Of a stretch of 64,000 nt of DNA, positions 10,013-19,720 are shown piece by piece (positions within the stretch are counted from its first letter, which is position 1; every line of letters starts with the position of its first letter). The stretch lies in assembly GCA_964291655.2 (NCBI GenBank), contig OZ219802.1, positions 2,528,001 to 2,592,000 on the forward strand. The letters run 5' to 3'. The notes beneath the pieces were generated by a model, which was not told the origin of the DNA, made no database searches, and was given only the letters and a program-made list of their open reading frames with translations. The DNA comes from Chloroflexota bacterium (lineage in GTDB: Bacteria > Chloroflexota > UBA11872 > VXOZ01). A program made the position numbers and the translations under genes.

Positions 10013-11549
10013 GGCTTGGACGAAGCAAGCATGGGCCAAAGGGGACACTTGCCATGTTCTGCTCGCGCTCTTCCTAGCGCTCGTGTTTTGGCTGAGTCTT
10101 ACCAGTGTTGCCGACGCGGCGTCGGGCCCGCCGTGGCATTCGGAGACCGATGGGCTGTCAGGAGAAGTGCTGGTTACCTGGCAGCTCTGGGTGCAGGCGC
10201 TTGAGGCTGAGTCTTGGGCGCAGGATGAGCAGTCGTGGGTCCCAAGCAGCCTGCCCTGGCTAATTTCCGCGCATCCCACCACCCCCAATGCGGCACTGGC
10301 TGCCGGTTCCATGGGACTGCACCGCACCGTGGACGGCGGAATGACGTGGAGCCAACTGCCAGGAATCGTCGCCCCGGTCATCGCAATTGCTTACAAGGCG
10401 GGCAATCCTCAGATAGTTTTCGCCGGGACAGAATTGGACGGCAACTACCGTAGCGAAGACGGTGGAGTTTACTGGAGCCGCATTAACGCCGGTCTCCCCC
10501 GGGACCAACTCGGCAACGTGACGGGCGCAGTGGCCCTGGCTGCCGACCCAGCCTTACCGAATACGCTCTTTGCCGCGACGACGTCGGCGGGGGGCGTTTA
10601 CCGCTCGCAAGACGAGGGCACTACCTGGCACCTGGCGAATAGCGGGTTGCCGGAGGAGACGATCTTTAGCATTGCAATTTCTGAGAGCGGGTCACCTGCG
10701 CTCTATGCGGCTACGCCGAGCGGTCTGTACCTCTCAAGTGATCGTGCGGGCGCGTGGTCGCTAATCGGCACGCTGCCAATTGAGACTTCCTTAAAACTGC
10801 TCCTGGAGCCCGGTGTTCTGGGGTTTCTGCTGTTGGTGGCCGAGGACACAATCTATCGCTCGACAAACGGCGGGCTGACCTGGATTGACCTCGACCTGCC
10901 GGCTGATATGCTGCCCATTCGCGATGCAGTTCTTGTGAGCGGCGCAGAATTCGCCTACCTCTTCGTCGTCAGCGCGAACGGTCCACATTGGTTACGGCTT
11001 ACGCCCGCTTCGCCGCAATCGCCCCCACAGGCAGAGTCGGACACGGCTTCATATATAGATGTTACCGGGCATACCATTCGCGAACCTTTTCTCTCATTCT
11101 TCAATTCCCACGGCGGCGTAGCACGGTTCGGCTATCCGCGAACCGATGCCATCAGCGAAGACGGCAGTACCGTACAATACTTTCAACGGGCTCGATTGGA
11201 GATCACGGAGGAGGAAGCCGGCGAGCGAGTGGTGCAGTCTCAGCTAGGCAGGGCCCGGAGCACGGGTGTGGATCTAGCGGTTGCCTCCACACAGTCGGAC
11301 TCGAATGGAACACAAACGCAGTATGCGGTGGACCAGGTGTTTGCAAACTTCTACGCGAACAACAATGGACGTGAAGCGTTTGGCGTCCCGATTGCTCCGG
11401 CGGCGGACGAAGTGCAAATCAACGGCGCGATCTTGTATACACAATACTTTGAATTTGCTCGACTCGAACACCATCCCGGCGCCGCAGCACCAATTCTGCT
11501 GGGGCTGATTGGCGATGAATACTTGATGCAGAAGGGCTGGCTGGAGTAA
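9951..11549 (+). CDS. Secreted BNR/VPS10-like beta-propeller protein with C-terminal Chloroflexota-type surface repeats; start uncertain
   Basis: Repeated S/T-x-D-G-G-x-T-W Asp boxes; C-terminal 'GHTI..PF..FF..HGG..RFGYP.T...QYFQRARLE' twice. Confidence 0.75.
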   Translation: MKMLTRSGLGNDCDSCRKSNRAWTKQAWAKGDTCHVLLALFLALVFWLSLTSVADAASGPPWHSETDGLSGEVLVTWQLWVQALEAESWAQDEQSWVPSSLPWLISAHPTTPNAALAAGSMGLHRTVDGGMTWSQLPGIVAPVIAIAYKAGNPQIVFAGTELDGNYRSEDGGVYWSRINAGLPRDQLGNVTGAVALAADPALPNTLFAATTSAGGVYRSQDEGTTWHLANSGLPEETIFSIAISESGSPALYAATPSGLYLSSDRAGAWSLIGTLPIETSLKLLLEPGVLGFLLLVAEDTIYRSTNGGLTWIDLDLPADMLPIRDAVLVSGAEFAYLFVVSANGPHWLRLTPASPQSPPQAESDTASYIDVTGHTIREPFLSFFNSHGGVARFGYPRTDAISEDGSTVQYFQRARLEITEEEAGERVVQSQLGRARSTGVDLAVASTQSDSNGTQTQYAVDQVFANFYANNNGREAFGVPIAPAADEVQINGAILYTQYFEFARLEHHPGAAAPILLGLIGDEYLMQKGWLE

Positions 11550-11554
11550 CGCAC

Positions 11555-13051
11555 ATGCGCCGCACTCGGATCGTTGCCACAATCGGACCCTCGTCGGCGA
11601 ATGAAGACACGCTCCGCGCCTTGCTGCGGGCCGGCTTGGACGTTGCGCGCATCAATTTTTCACATGGCGACCATCAAACTCAGGCGCGTTCCATTGGGTT
11701 GTTGCGCCAGTTAGCGGCAGCGGAAGGCGCCAACCTACCTATCATTGGCGATCTGCAAGGCCCCAAGGTACGTGTAGGTGTCGTTGCTGACGAACCCTTG
11801 CTGCTTTCCCCGGGTGGTCTGCTTATTCTCGTGGTAGATGGTGACTCAGCCGGTGCGACCGCAAGTGACGGGCTCCACGAATATGCCAGGTCTGTCGATC
11901 CCGGTGCGCCACGTGTGGATGTCGCGCCGGTGCGATTTGCAGGCCTTGCAGCCGAAACGCGCCCGGGCGATACTGTCCTGTTTGACGATGGACTGATCGC
12001 GGTTGAGGTGATGGCCACACGCGTCCAAGCAGGGCAGACCGCAGTCATTACACGGGTGGTGCGTGGTGGCAAACTAATGAGTGGCAAGGCAGTAGTCGTA
12101 AGAGGTCGGAGCCTTAATCTGCCGAGCCTGACCGCCAAAGACTGGGAGGACGTGCGCTTTGCCGTGGAACAAGAGGTGGACTGGGTTGCACTCTCCTACG
12201 TCCGGTCGGCAACTGACGTAGAGATTCTGCGGCAACTGATGCTGAACTACGGCGCGACGATACCCATAATTGCAAAGATCGAAACCCAGGAGGCGATTGC
12301 GCACTTTGACGAGATTCTCGCGGCCGCGGACGGCATCATGGTGGCGCGGGGCGATCTTGGGGTGCAGGTGCCGCCGGAGGAAGTTCCGTTGCACCAGAAG
12401 GCGATCATTGCAAAGACGCGCGCGCAAGGAAAACCGGTGATAACGGCGACCCAGATGCTCGAATCGATGATGCAGCACCCGGTGCCGACCCGGGCAGAAG
12501 CCAGCGACGTGGCAAATGCAATCCTGGACGGCAGTGACGCCGTGATGCTCTCCGGGGAAACCGCCGTCGGCCCGTATCCGGTGGAGGCTGTGGCGGTCAT
12601 GGCGCGCATTGCGACCAGCGTCGACCCGCACGTGGAGAGTTCTGCCGCAATTGACGACGCGAGCGATGCTACCGACGCTATTGCGGCGGCGACCCACCGC
12701 ATTGCGGATAAGCTATGCGCTACCGCGATCTTTGCGCTTACGCAATCGGGCTATACGGCGCGTATGCTGGCCCGCTTGCGGCCGCACGTACAACTGCTCG
12801 CGGTGACGCCGGACAAGTCGATTTGGCGCCAGCTTGCCCTGAGTTGGGGTACGAAACCTTTGCTAGCAACAGTGGAAACGGACACCGACATGGCGATGCG
12901 CGAGGCGGTAGAACTGGCGAAGAGCGCGGGACACGTGAAGGATGGCGATACGGTGGTCTTTACGGCCGGCATGCCGTTCGGCGTAGGCGGCACGACGAAT
13001 CTCATCCGCATCCACGAGATCGGCAAGCCGCTCAGCCTCAAAGGAGACTAG
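11555..13051 (+). CDS. pyk: Pyruvate kinase
   Basis: TRIVATIGP, ARINFSHG, DLQGPK, IIAKIE, MVARGDLG, ATQMLESM, PTRAE, MLSGETA. Confidence 0.97.
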   Translation: MRRTRIVATIGPSSANEDTLRALLRAGLDVARINFSHGDHQTQARSIGLLRQLAAAEGANLPIIGDLQGPKVRVGVVADEPLLLSPGGLLILVVDGDSAGATASDGLHEYARSVDPGAPRVDVAPVRFAGLAAETRPGDTVLFDDGLIAVEVMATRVQAGQTAVITRVVRGGKLMSGKAVVVRGRSLNLPSLTAKDWEDVRFAVEQEVDWVALSYVRSATDVEILRQLMLNYGATIPIIAKIETQEAIAHFDEILAAADGIMVARGDLGVQVPPEEVPLHQKAIIAKTRAQGKPVITATQMLESMMQHPVPTRAEASDVANAILDGSDAVMLSGETAVGPYPVEAVAVMARIATSVDPHVESSAAIDDASDATDAIAAATHRIADKLCATAIFALTQSGYTARMLARLRPHVQLLAVTPDKSIWRQLALSWGTKPLLATVETDTDMAMREAVELAKSAGHVKDGDTVVFTAGMPFGVGGTTNLIRIHEIGKPLSLKGD

Positions 13052-13108
13052 AAGCTATCTCATGAATCGGCTCGAGTGTCATTCATGTACGTGTCGAACA
13101 GTGTTCGT

Positions 13109-13140
13109 TGACTACGTCAAAGGCGCTGACTACGTCAAAG
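13109..13140. repeat. Direct repeat of TGACTACGTCAAAG, each unit a TGAC-N3-GTCA palindrome
   Basis: Copies at 13109-13122 and 13127-13140. Confidence 0.7.
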
Positions 13141-13248
13141 ACGGGGAATCTCGAGCGTTTGTGCCAGAGTAAGCAATTGTCAAAGATGATACTTGCGTAT
13201 GTGGTCGCTCGCTACCCCGCGTAGCAGCACGAGCCGGTGTCGCGTGAA

Positions 13249-13278
13249 GATGGATTCCCGTTTTCACGGGAATGACGG
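13249..13278. repeat. REP-like palindrome (GATGGATTCCCGTTTTCACGGGAATGACGG)
   Basis: Matches 15924-15953 with a compensatory stem change. Confidence 0.75.
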
Positions 13279-13432
13279 CAAGATGTCAACACAACCGAGA
13301 CTCCCTGATTAGATCCGGCTCGGCCAGCCCCATAGTCTCGTGCGTAAACGCCCGCTCCGGTGCCGCCTAAGCGCTACTATTTGAGCAGCAGGACTCTGGA
13401 ATGGGTGTAGGCGAATATTCCCGCGCCACTAG

Positions 13433-15190
13433 GTGGAGAAATCGATGCAACCTGGAACCCAACCCCTCGGTGTCTATCTGCACGATGGCTGCTTTCAGCC
13501 CCGCAGCGCATATATATTGGAGATTTTGGCTCACGCGGGCATCCCTTTTGTGCGCGTGGACGCCGCCACCTTGCCGGAAGCGCTGGCAACTCTTAAGGTG
13601 CTGATCTTGCCGCACCACGAGGTCACCACGCCGGAGATGGGCCGGCTCTATGGCTTCGTGACGGCGGGCGGCGCTCTGATCGGGTTGGGAGGCACGAGCG
13701 GCTTGGATGACCTCTTCGGCGTCCGCACGCAGGCAGGCACCCGCGAGGCTTACTTGAATGTTACTCAGGGCGATCATCCTCTGGTGCGCGATCTTCACTC
13801 ATCCTTGCACGTCTGGGACGCCGCGACCGCCCGCGCGGCCGGGGCCGGTGTGCTGGCCAACCTCTGTGATGGAAAAGGGAATCGCATTGGTGTGGGCGTA
13901 AGCGCCTACCGCCTCCAGCGGGGACTGAGCATCTTCTCCGCCGCAGACTTGCCCTGGTGCGTCTTATACATGCTGCAAGGCAAGACCGTGCGTCAAGACG
14001 GCCTGCCGGCGCCTGATGGGACTGCCGACATCGATGAAGGAATTCTCAAGTGTGACGACGGCATTGTGTTGAATTGGGACACAGACCGGTCTCCAGGCGC
14101 AGAAGTACCCTTTTTCTTAGAGGCCGTCGGCGATGAGCTCCGCGCCATATTGTTGCGCAGCATCTTTCTTGGCGCGCAGTTCACCAATACCGCGCTTCCC
14201 ATGCTCTGGTACTGGCCCGGCGAAATTGAGGCGGTGGCGCACCTCTCCCACGATTCCGACAACAATGTGCTTGACCGCGCGTTCCAACTCTTGGAGAACA
14301 CCCGCGCGCTCGGCGTGCACTCCACGTGGTGCATTCAGTACCCGGGCTATACACCCGAACTCTACGCGGCGGTTGCAGAATACGGCAGCGAAATCTGCCT
14401 CCACTTTGACGCCCTTTCAGGTAGGGAGCCTAACCGCTGGGACTATGGCGATCTCGTCTTCCAGTGGGAGTTCCTGCGGCGGGAGGCCGGGCTGGACACC
14501 ATTACGACCAACAAGAACCACTACACGCGCTGGGAAGGGTCGTTAGAATTCTTCCAATGGCTGGAGAAGGTGGGTATTGCCTCCGATCAGACGAAAGGGC
14601 CATCCAAGGATGGCAACACCGGCCACCTCTACGGCAGCACCCACCCCTGGTTCCCAATGGATCCAGACTCCGGTCATTTTTGCGACGTGCTGGAAGTCAA
14701 CTTCTTGACCCAAGACATGGTGCAACCGGTCGGCCATCCGGATTCGCCGGTAGACGCATATGCGCCATACAGCATCGCGGAACCATTAGTCGACCGCGTA
14801 CGGAAGCACTATGGCGTTGCGCACTACCTCTTCCATCCTCACCACTGCCTGCGGCCCGGTGTACCCGCGGCTATGGCGCAGGTTGTGGCGTACGCGCGGC
14901 AGCAGGGCTTGCCGTGGTGGACCTCTGAAGAGATTAACGTGTGGGAACGGAGCCGCCGCACGTTGTCGTTTGGCGAGGTGAGCGATCACGGGGCCAGCCT
15001 CAGCGCTGGCGCTTCCCTTGCCAACGCGACGCTGCTCCTGCTGGAAACCGGCAGCGAGCGGCACGCTATTTCTGTAGATCGCCAGTCAATGCCCACCCGT
15101 AATGTGGAACGTTACGGTTTCCGGTTCCAGGCGGTCACACAGACGCTTGCTGCTGGGGAGCATAGATTGCAGTGGGGCGAGACCGTCTGA
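13433..15190 (+). CDS. Hypothetical protein with GATase-like N-terminal domain and polysaccharide-deacetylase-like domain
   Basis: VLILP...GGALIG flavodoxin-like segment; SHDSD, LHFD, NHY.RW, LFHP motifs. Confidence 0.65.
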   Translation: MEKSMQPGTQPLGVYLHDGCFQPRSAYILEILAHAGIPFVRVDAATLPEALATLKVLILPHHEVTTPEMGRLYGFVTAGGALIGLGGTSGLDDLFGVRTQAGTREAYLNVTQGDHPLVRDLHSSLHVWDAATARAAGAGVLANLCDGKGNRIGVGVSAYRLQRGLSIFSAADLPWCVLYMLQGKTVRQDGLPAPDGTADIDEGILKCDDGIVLNWDTDRSPGAEVPFFLEAVGDELRAILLRSIFLGAQFTNTALPMLWYWPGEIEAVAHLSHDSDNNVLDRAFQLLENTRALGVHSTWCIQYPGYTPELYAAVAEYGSEICLHFDALSGREPNRWDYGDLVFQWEFLRREAGLDTITTNKNHYTRWEGSLEFFQWLEKVGIASDQTKGPSKDGNTGHLYGSTHPWFPMDPDSGHFCDVLEVNFLTQDMVQPVGHPDSPVDAYAPYSIAEPLVDRVRKHYGVAHYLFHPHHCLRPGVPAAMAQVVAYARQQGLPWWTSEEINVWERSRRTLSFGEVSDHGASLSAGASLANATLLLLETGSERHAISVDRQSMPTRNVERYGFRFQAVTQTLAAGEHRLQWGETV

Positions 15191-15331
15191 CGTGCCTAGG
15201 AGCTATTCGCATGCGGCCGCAACTCTTTGCCGGCGGTCTCAAGCAATTCGACCAATCTGCGCCAAAGTGGGCCGTAGCGAAACACAGCGCCAATCTTGCA
15301 GAATCCGGTAGGATAGAGCGGGAGTGAGTGG

Positions 15332-15823
15332 ATGCGCATTGCAATCGGAGCCGATCACAACGGATTAGCCAGCAAGAACGAGGTCAAGCAGTGGCTTGAG
15401 GTTGCCGGCCATACTGTGGTTGACGTTGGCCCGCATGAACTCGACCCGGAAGACGATTACCCGGATTTTGCTCGCCTTCTGGGCGCGGCCCTGCAACGGG
15501 GAGAGGCCGATCGGGGCATCCTGCTCTGCGGCAGTGGCGTGGGTGCGAGCATCGCCGCCAACAAGATGCGCGGTATTCGCGCGGGCCTGTGCCACGATGT
15601 GTATTCGGCACATCAGGCGGTCGAACACGACAACGTGAATGTGCTGTGTTTGGGCCCCCGAGTCGTGGGTCCCGCCCTGATGGAGGAACTGGTAACGGCA
15701 TTCTTGGCCGCCTCGTTTACGGGCGAAGAGCGGCACGCCCGTCGTCTCGCTAAGGTGACGGCCTTGGAGCAGGCGGAACGGGAGGCAGGCATCGGCCAAC
15801 AGGAGGAAGTGGAAACAACGTAG
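15332..15823 (+). CDS. rpiB: Ribose-5-phosphate isomerase B
   Basis: GADH.G, DYPD, CGSGVG...ANK..GIRA, H.N.NVL.LG, RH.RR. Confidence 0.95.
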   Translation: MRIAIGADHNGLASKNEVKQWLEVAGHTVVDVGPHELDPEDDYPDFARLLGAALQRGEADRGILLCGSGVGASIAANKMRGIRAGLCHDVYSAHQAVEHDNVNVLCLGPRVVGPALMEELVTAFLAASFTGEERHARRLAKVTALEQAEREAGIGQQEEVETT

Positions 15824-15923
15824 GCGGGGATGCCGAACGTGCACTTCATGGGTGAATGAGACGGGCATCGGTTGTTGCCGCTGTCTTTTTGACTTTGCGA
15901 GTGATTCGAGAGTGCAGGATTAA

Positions 15924-16080
15924 GATGGATTCCCGCTTTCGCGGGAATGACGGAAAAGAGTTTTCGGGAATGACGGAAAAGAGTGCACGTGAAATGGCGG
16001 AAGAAAGTTCACGGGCACGACGGAGAAGAGCTCACGGGCGTGACGGAAGAGAGTTCACGGGAATTACGGATGAGAGCTCA
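15924..16080. repeat. REP-like palindrome followed by ~6 degenerate 23-24 bp tandem units (CGGGAATGACGGAARAGAGYTCA)
   Basis: Unit starts at 15942, 15965, 15988, 16012, 16035, 16058. Confidence 0.8.
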
Positions 16081-16195
16081 CTTTCGGGGAAATATCGGAC
16101 CGTCCGCAATCACGTAGAGCGCAATCAGGTAGAGCAGGAACTGAACCGGACACACATGGCTAAGTCGCCGTCTGTGTGTTTACAAGGAGGTAACT

Positions 16196-17323
16196 ATGGC
16201 AGAGAAGAATAGGCTTGTACAACTGCAAGACTACGACCAGAGCGTGTGGCTGGATAGCATCAGCCGCGGCCTCATTCAATCGGGCCAGCTTCAGGCCCTG
16301 GTGGACAACGACGGTCTGCGGGGGATGACGTCGAACCCCGCCATCTTCGAGAAGGCGATTAGCGGTAGCGATGACTACCGCGATCAATTGCGCGCGCTGC
16401 ACGCCGCCGGCAAGAGTACGACGGAGGTTTACGAAGCGGTTGCGGTTACCGACATTCAATCGGCCTGCGACGTGCTGCGGCCGGTGTACGACGCCAGCGA
16501 CGGCGAGCACGGCCTGGTTAGTCTTGAGGTCTCGCCGGAACTCGCCTTCGATACGGCGGGCACAATTGGTGAGGTGCGCCGCCTCTGGCAGCAGGTGGAC
16601 CGTCCGAACCTGATGATCAAGATACCGGCCACTGACGAGGGCATACCCGCGGTGCAGCAGATGCTCACCGAGGGGTACAACGTCAACATCACGCTGATGT
16701 TCTCGCTCTCGGACTACGATAACGTGGCCGAGGCGTATATCTCGGCTCTCGAGGCGCGTGCCGCGGCGGGTCAGCCGGTCAACCGCATCGCTTCCGTGGC
16801 GAGTTTCTTTGTGAGCCGCATCGATACCTTGGCCGATGAGTTGTTGGAGGCACGGGCTGAGGCCGGCGAGAGTCGCGCGCGGGAGATCTTGGGAAAAGTG
16901 GCGATTGCCAACGCGAAGATTGCCTACCAGCACTTCATCGATTTCTTCAAGTCGGAGCGTTTCGCAAAGCTGGAGGCCAAGGGCGCGCGCGTGCAACGCG
17001 TGCTCTGGGCGAGCACCAGCACGAAGAACCCTGACTTCTCAGACGTGATGTACGTGGACAATCTCATCGGCCCGCACACCGTGAATACCTTGCCGGACGA
17101 CACTATGGACGCTTTCCGCGATCACGGCACGCTGGCCCAGACTGTAGATACGGGCGTGGCAGAGGCGCAAGCCGTGTTGGACGCCCTGTCGGCTGTGGGC
17201 GTGGACTATGACGCCATGACCCGCCAACTGCAGCAAGAGGGTGTGGATAAGTTTGTGCAGCCGTATCACGCCTTGCTCGAACGCATTGAGCAGGTGTGCG
17301 CAGAGCTTGTCGCAACTACCTAG
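16196..17323 (+). CDS. tal: Transaldolase (type 2)
   Basis: QSVWLD, GMTSNPAIF, VSLEVSP, MIKIPAT, NITL.FS, SVASFFVSRID, LWASTSTK. Confidence 0.96.
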   Translation: MAEKNRLVQLQDYDQSVWLDSISRGLIQSGQLQALVDNDGLRGMTSNPAIFEKAISGSDDYRDQLRALHAAGKSTTEVYEAVAVTDIQSACDVLRPVYDASDGEHGLVSLEVSPELAFDTAGTIGEVRRLWQQVDRPNLMIKIPATDEGIPAVQQMLTEGYNVNITLMFSLSDYDNVAEAYISALEARAAAGQPVNRIASVASFFVSRIDTLADELLEARAEAGESRAREILGKVAIANAKIAYQHFIDFFKSERFAKLEAKGARVQRVLWASTSTKNPDFSDVMYVDNLIGPHTVNTLPDDTMDAFRDHGTLAQTVDTGVAEAQAVLDALSAVGVDYDAMTRQLQQEGVDKFVQPYHALLERIEQVCAELVATT

Positions 17324-17325
17324 CA

Positions 17326-19032
17326 ATGGCGCGCCAACCTTCATTGGCGGGAGACGCCGACAGCGCGGAAGCTGCGATCCTGCAAGCAATAGCAACGCTC
17401 GCGCGCGAAGACGTTAGCACGCGTCTTTGGCAAAAGGACGCCAGCCTCTGGTCTGATGATCTGCAAGAGCAAGCGGCAATTCGCCACCGCCTGGGTTGGC
17501 TAAACGTCGTTGCGGACGTGCGGCGCTCCGGGCTGGATGAGATTTTCACGTTCGCTGAAACAGTCCGGGCAGCAGGCTATACTGACGCCGTAATTCTCGG
17601 CATGGGCGGGAGCAGTCTGTGCCCCGACGTCTGCCGCGCTACCTTTGGCGCCGCTCCCGGCTGGCTGCGGCTGCATGTGCTCGACAGCACCCATCCCCGC
17701 GCCGTGCAGGCCGTGCACGCTGCGGTGGATGTAAGGCGCACGCTCTTCGTGGTGTCGAGCAAGTCCGGCACCACCGGTGAATCGAACGCCTTCTATCAGT
17801 ACTTTTGGGAACGCGTCAGACAGGCCGGGATCACGCCACCCGGCGCCAACTTCATCGCAATTACCGACCCCGACACTCCGTTGGATGAGGAAGCCACTGC
17901 GCGCGGCTTTCGCCACGTCTTCCGCAATCCCGCTGACATTGGCGGCCGGTACTCGGCGCTATCGTTCTTTGGGCTCGTGCCCATGGCTTTGCTTGGGATC
18001 GATGTCGCTGACTTTCTTGGCCGCGCGGCGGCGATGGCGCGGCGCTGTGGGCCAGAGGTAGCGGCAGCCGAAAATCCAGGCGTCGTATTGGGAGCGCAGC
18101 TTGCAACCCATGCCCAGCAGGGACGGGACAAACTTACCCTCGTATGCGCGCCGGAGATTGCCACGCTGGGTTGGTGGCTGGAACAGCTCGTAGCCGAGAG
18201 CCTCGGCAAGCAGGGATTTGGCGTCATTCCGGTCGAGGGCGAGGACGTGGGACAGCCGGACAACTACGGCGCGGACCGGGTCTTCGTGCACATATCTCTC
18301 CCTGGCACCGGCGGTAAGAACGACGTGGAGGGGCTCCAAGCGCTGGCAGCTGCAGGCCACCCGGTGATTAGGCTGACAATGGCGGAGACAATGGACTTAG
18401 GGCAGGAATTTTTTCGCTGGGAAGTGGCAACGGCGGTAGCCGGTCATCTGCTCGGTGTCAACCCCTTCGATGAGCCAAACGTTCAAGAGAGCAAGGACAA
18501 CACCGCCGCGCTCCTGCAAACGTACCAGCGGGAAGGAGCGCTGCCGTCGGAGACGCCGGACCTTGTCGCAGGACCGCTCTCACTCTACGGCGATTGCGAA
18601 GGTACAACGGTAGCAGAGGCCTTGCAAGGTTTCTTAAGTCACGTGGCGCCCGGCGACTATGTTGCGTTGATGGCGTACTTGCCGCAGGATGAAGTGGTTC
18701 AGAGACGCATGGATGCACTGCGCCACACGTTACGTGCCGTCACGCCTGCAGCCACGACGATGGGTTACGGCCCCCGGTTCCTCCATTCCACCGGGCAACT
18801 GCACAAGGGCGGGCCGAACGCTGCCGTGTGTTTGCAACTCACGGCCAACATTGCCGACGACGTGCCCATCCCCGGCGCGCCGTATTCGTTCGGGACCTTT
18901 ATCCAGGCGCAGGCGCTTGGGGACATGCGCTCTTTGCGCGGCCACGGACGCCGTGTGTTGCGCGTACACCTCGGCGCGGACTACGAGCAAGGTCTCGCCG
19001 CACTTGAATCTGCCCTGAACGAGTTGCATTGA
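17326..19032 (+). CDS. pgi: Glucose-6-phosphate isomerase (type found in Tal-Pgi fusions)
   Basis: LGWL, GMGGSSL, SSKSG.T.E, ITDP, IGGRYS, EQL.AES.GK, PFDEP.V..SK, GPRFLHSTGQLHKGG. Confidence 0.9.
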   Translation: MARQPSLAGDADSAEAAILQAIATLAREDVSTRLWQKDASLWSDDLQEQAAIRHRLGWLNVVADVRRSGLDEIFTFAETVRAAGYTDAVILGMGGSSLCPDVCRATFGAAPGWLRLHVLDSTHPRAVQAVHAAVDVRRTLFVVSSKSGTTGESNAFYQYFWERVRQAGITPPGANFIAITDPDTPLDEEATARGFRHVFRNPADIGGRYSALSFFGLVPMALLGIDVADFLGRAAAMARRCGPEVAAAENPGVVLGAQLATHAQQGRDKLTLVCAPEIATLGWWLEQLVAESLGKQGFGVIPVEGEDVGQPDNYGADRVFVHISLPGTGGKNDVEGLQALAAAGHPVIRLTMAETMDLGQEFFRWEVATAVAGHLLGVNPFDEPNVQESKDNTAALLQTYQREGALPSETPDLVAGPLSLYGDCEGTTVAEALQGFLSHVAPGDYVALMAYLPQDEVVQRRMDALRHTLRAVTPAATTMGYGPRFLHSTGQLHKGGPNAAVCLQLTANIADDVPIPGAPYSFGTFIQAQALGDMRSLRGHGRRVLRVHLGADYEQGLAALESALNELH

Positions 19033-19102
19033 ATAACCAAGGTCTGGTTGTTCATTGCCAGGACCGGTTAGCAATGAGGCCCGTCATTCCTGTAAATGAC
19101 AG

Positions 19103-19309
19103 GTAATTCGTTGACAGACTTGAGAACAAAAGCAGCTGAACGCAGTTCTCTACATGAACAGTACACATGTCATTCCGAACGGAGCGCGGAATCTAAGATG
19201 TTGAGCCTATTGGGCGACACGTTGCATGGCCCTAGATTCCTCGCTCCGCTCGGAATGACATGATCTGTCAACACTGCCAATTTGGTAGAGAATTTTGTCA
19301 ACGAATTAC
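19103..19309. mobile_element. MITE/REPIN-like unit: 14-bp terminal inverted repeats enclosing an inverted REP pair
   Basis: GTAATTCGTTGACA (19103-19116) / TGTCAACGAATTAC (19296-19309); inverted REP copies at 19166-19197 and 19232-19262. Confidence 0.55.
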
Positions 19310-19380
19310 TCAACACTTACAATTCCCGCGCGAGCGGGGAGTTGACTTCAACTTCTGTGCGCTAGCCACCGCAATACAGA

Positions 19381-19482
19381 GCGGGGGACAAGCCCCCGCG
19401 CTACATTGCAATTCAGAACGGCGGGACAAGGTTTCGCGCCCGGCGCACCCCATACAAAGCAGGGACAAGCCCCCCGCGCTAC
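19381..19482. repeat. Two GTAG-type REP-like copies (GGGACAAGCCCCCGCGCTAC)
   Basis: Copies at 19381-19404 and 19459-19482; same motif at 57892-58058. Confidence 0.7.
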
Positions 19483-19720
19483 GCTTTGGCGCACAGATTT
19501 AGTGCAAGCCTCCGCGCCGCGTCCCAGTAATCTGTCGTGCGTTCAATGTCATTGTAGAGATGGCTTCAAGCTTGGGTTTGCATAGATTCACTCGATTGAC
19601 TATTCTGCTGGGAAACGTAGGGCAACTGCTTTGGCGGGCCTGGTGCAGGCTGATCACTTCGATGTACACGCTATAATGTGTTGCAACAGAAACCCATGAG
19701 TTGAGAAGGGGAAGACGCAA

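Noticed and set aside
13096-13108. LexA (GAAC-N4-GTTC) box
   Set aside because: Spacer is 3 nt here and 5 nt at 28089; no SOS gene downstream.
15856-16212. 118-aa ORF (MDSRFRGND...)
   Set aside because: Translation of the REP and minisatellite, a typical spurious ORF.
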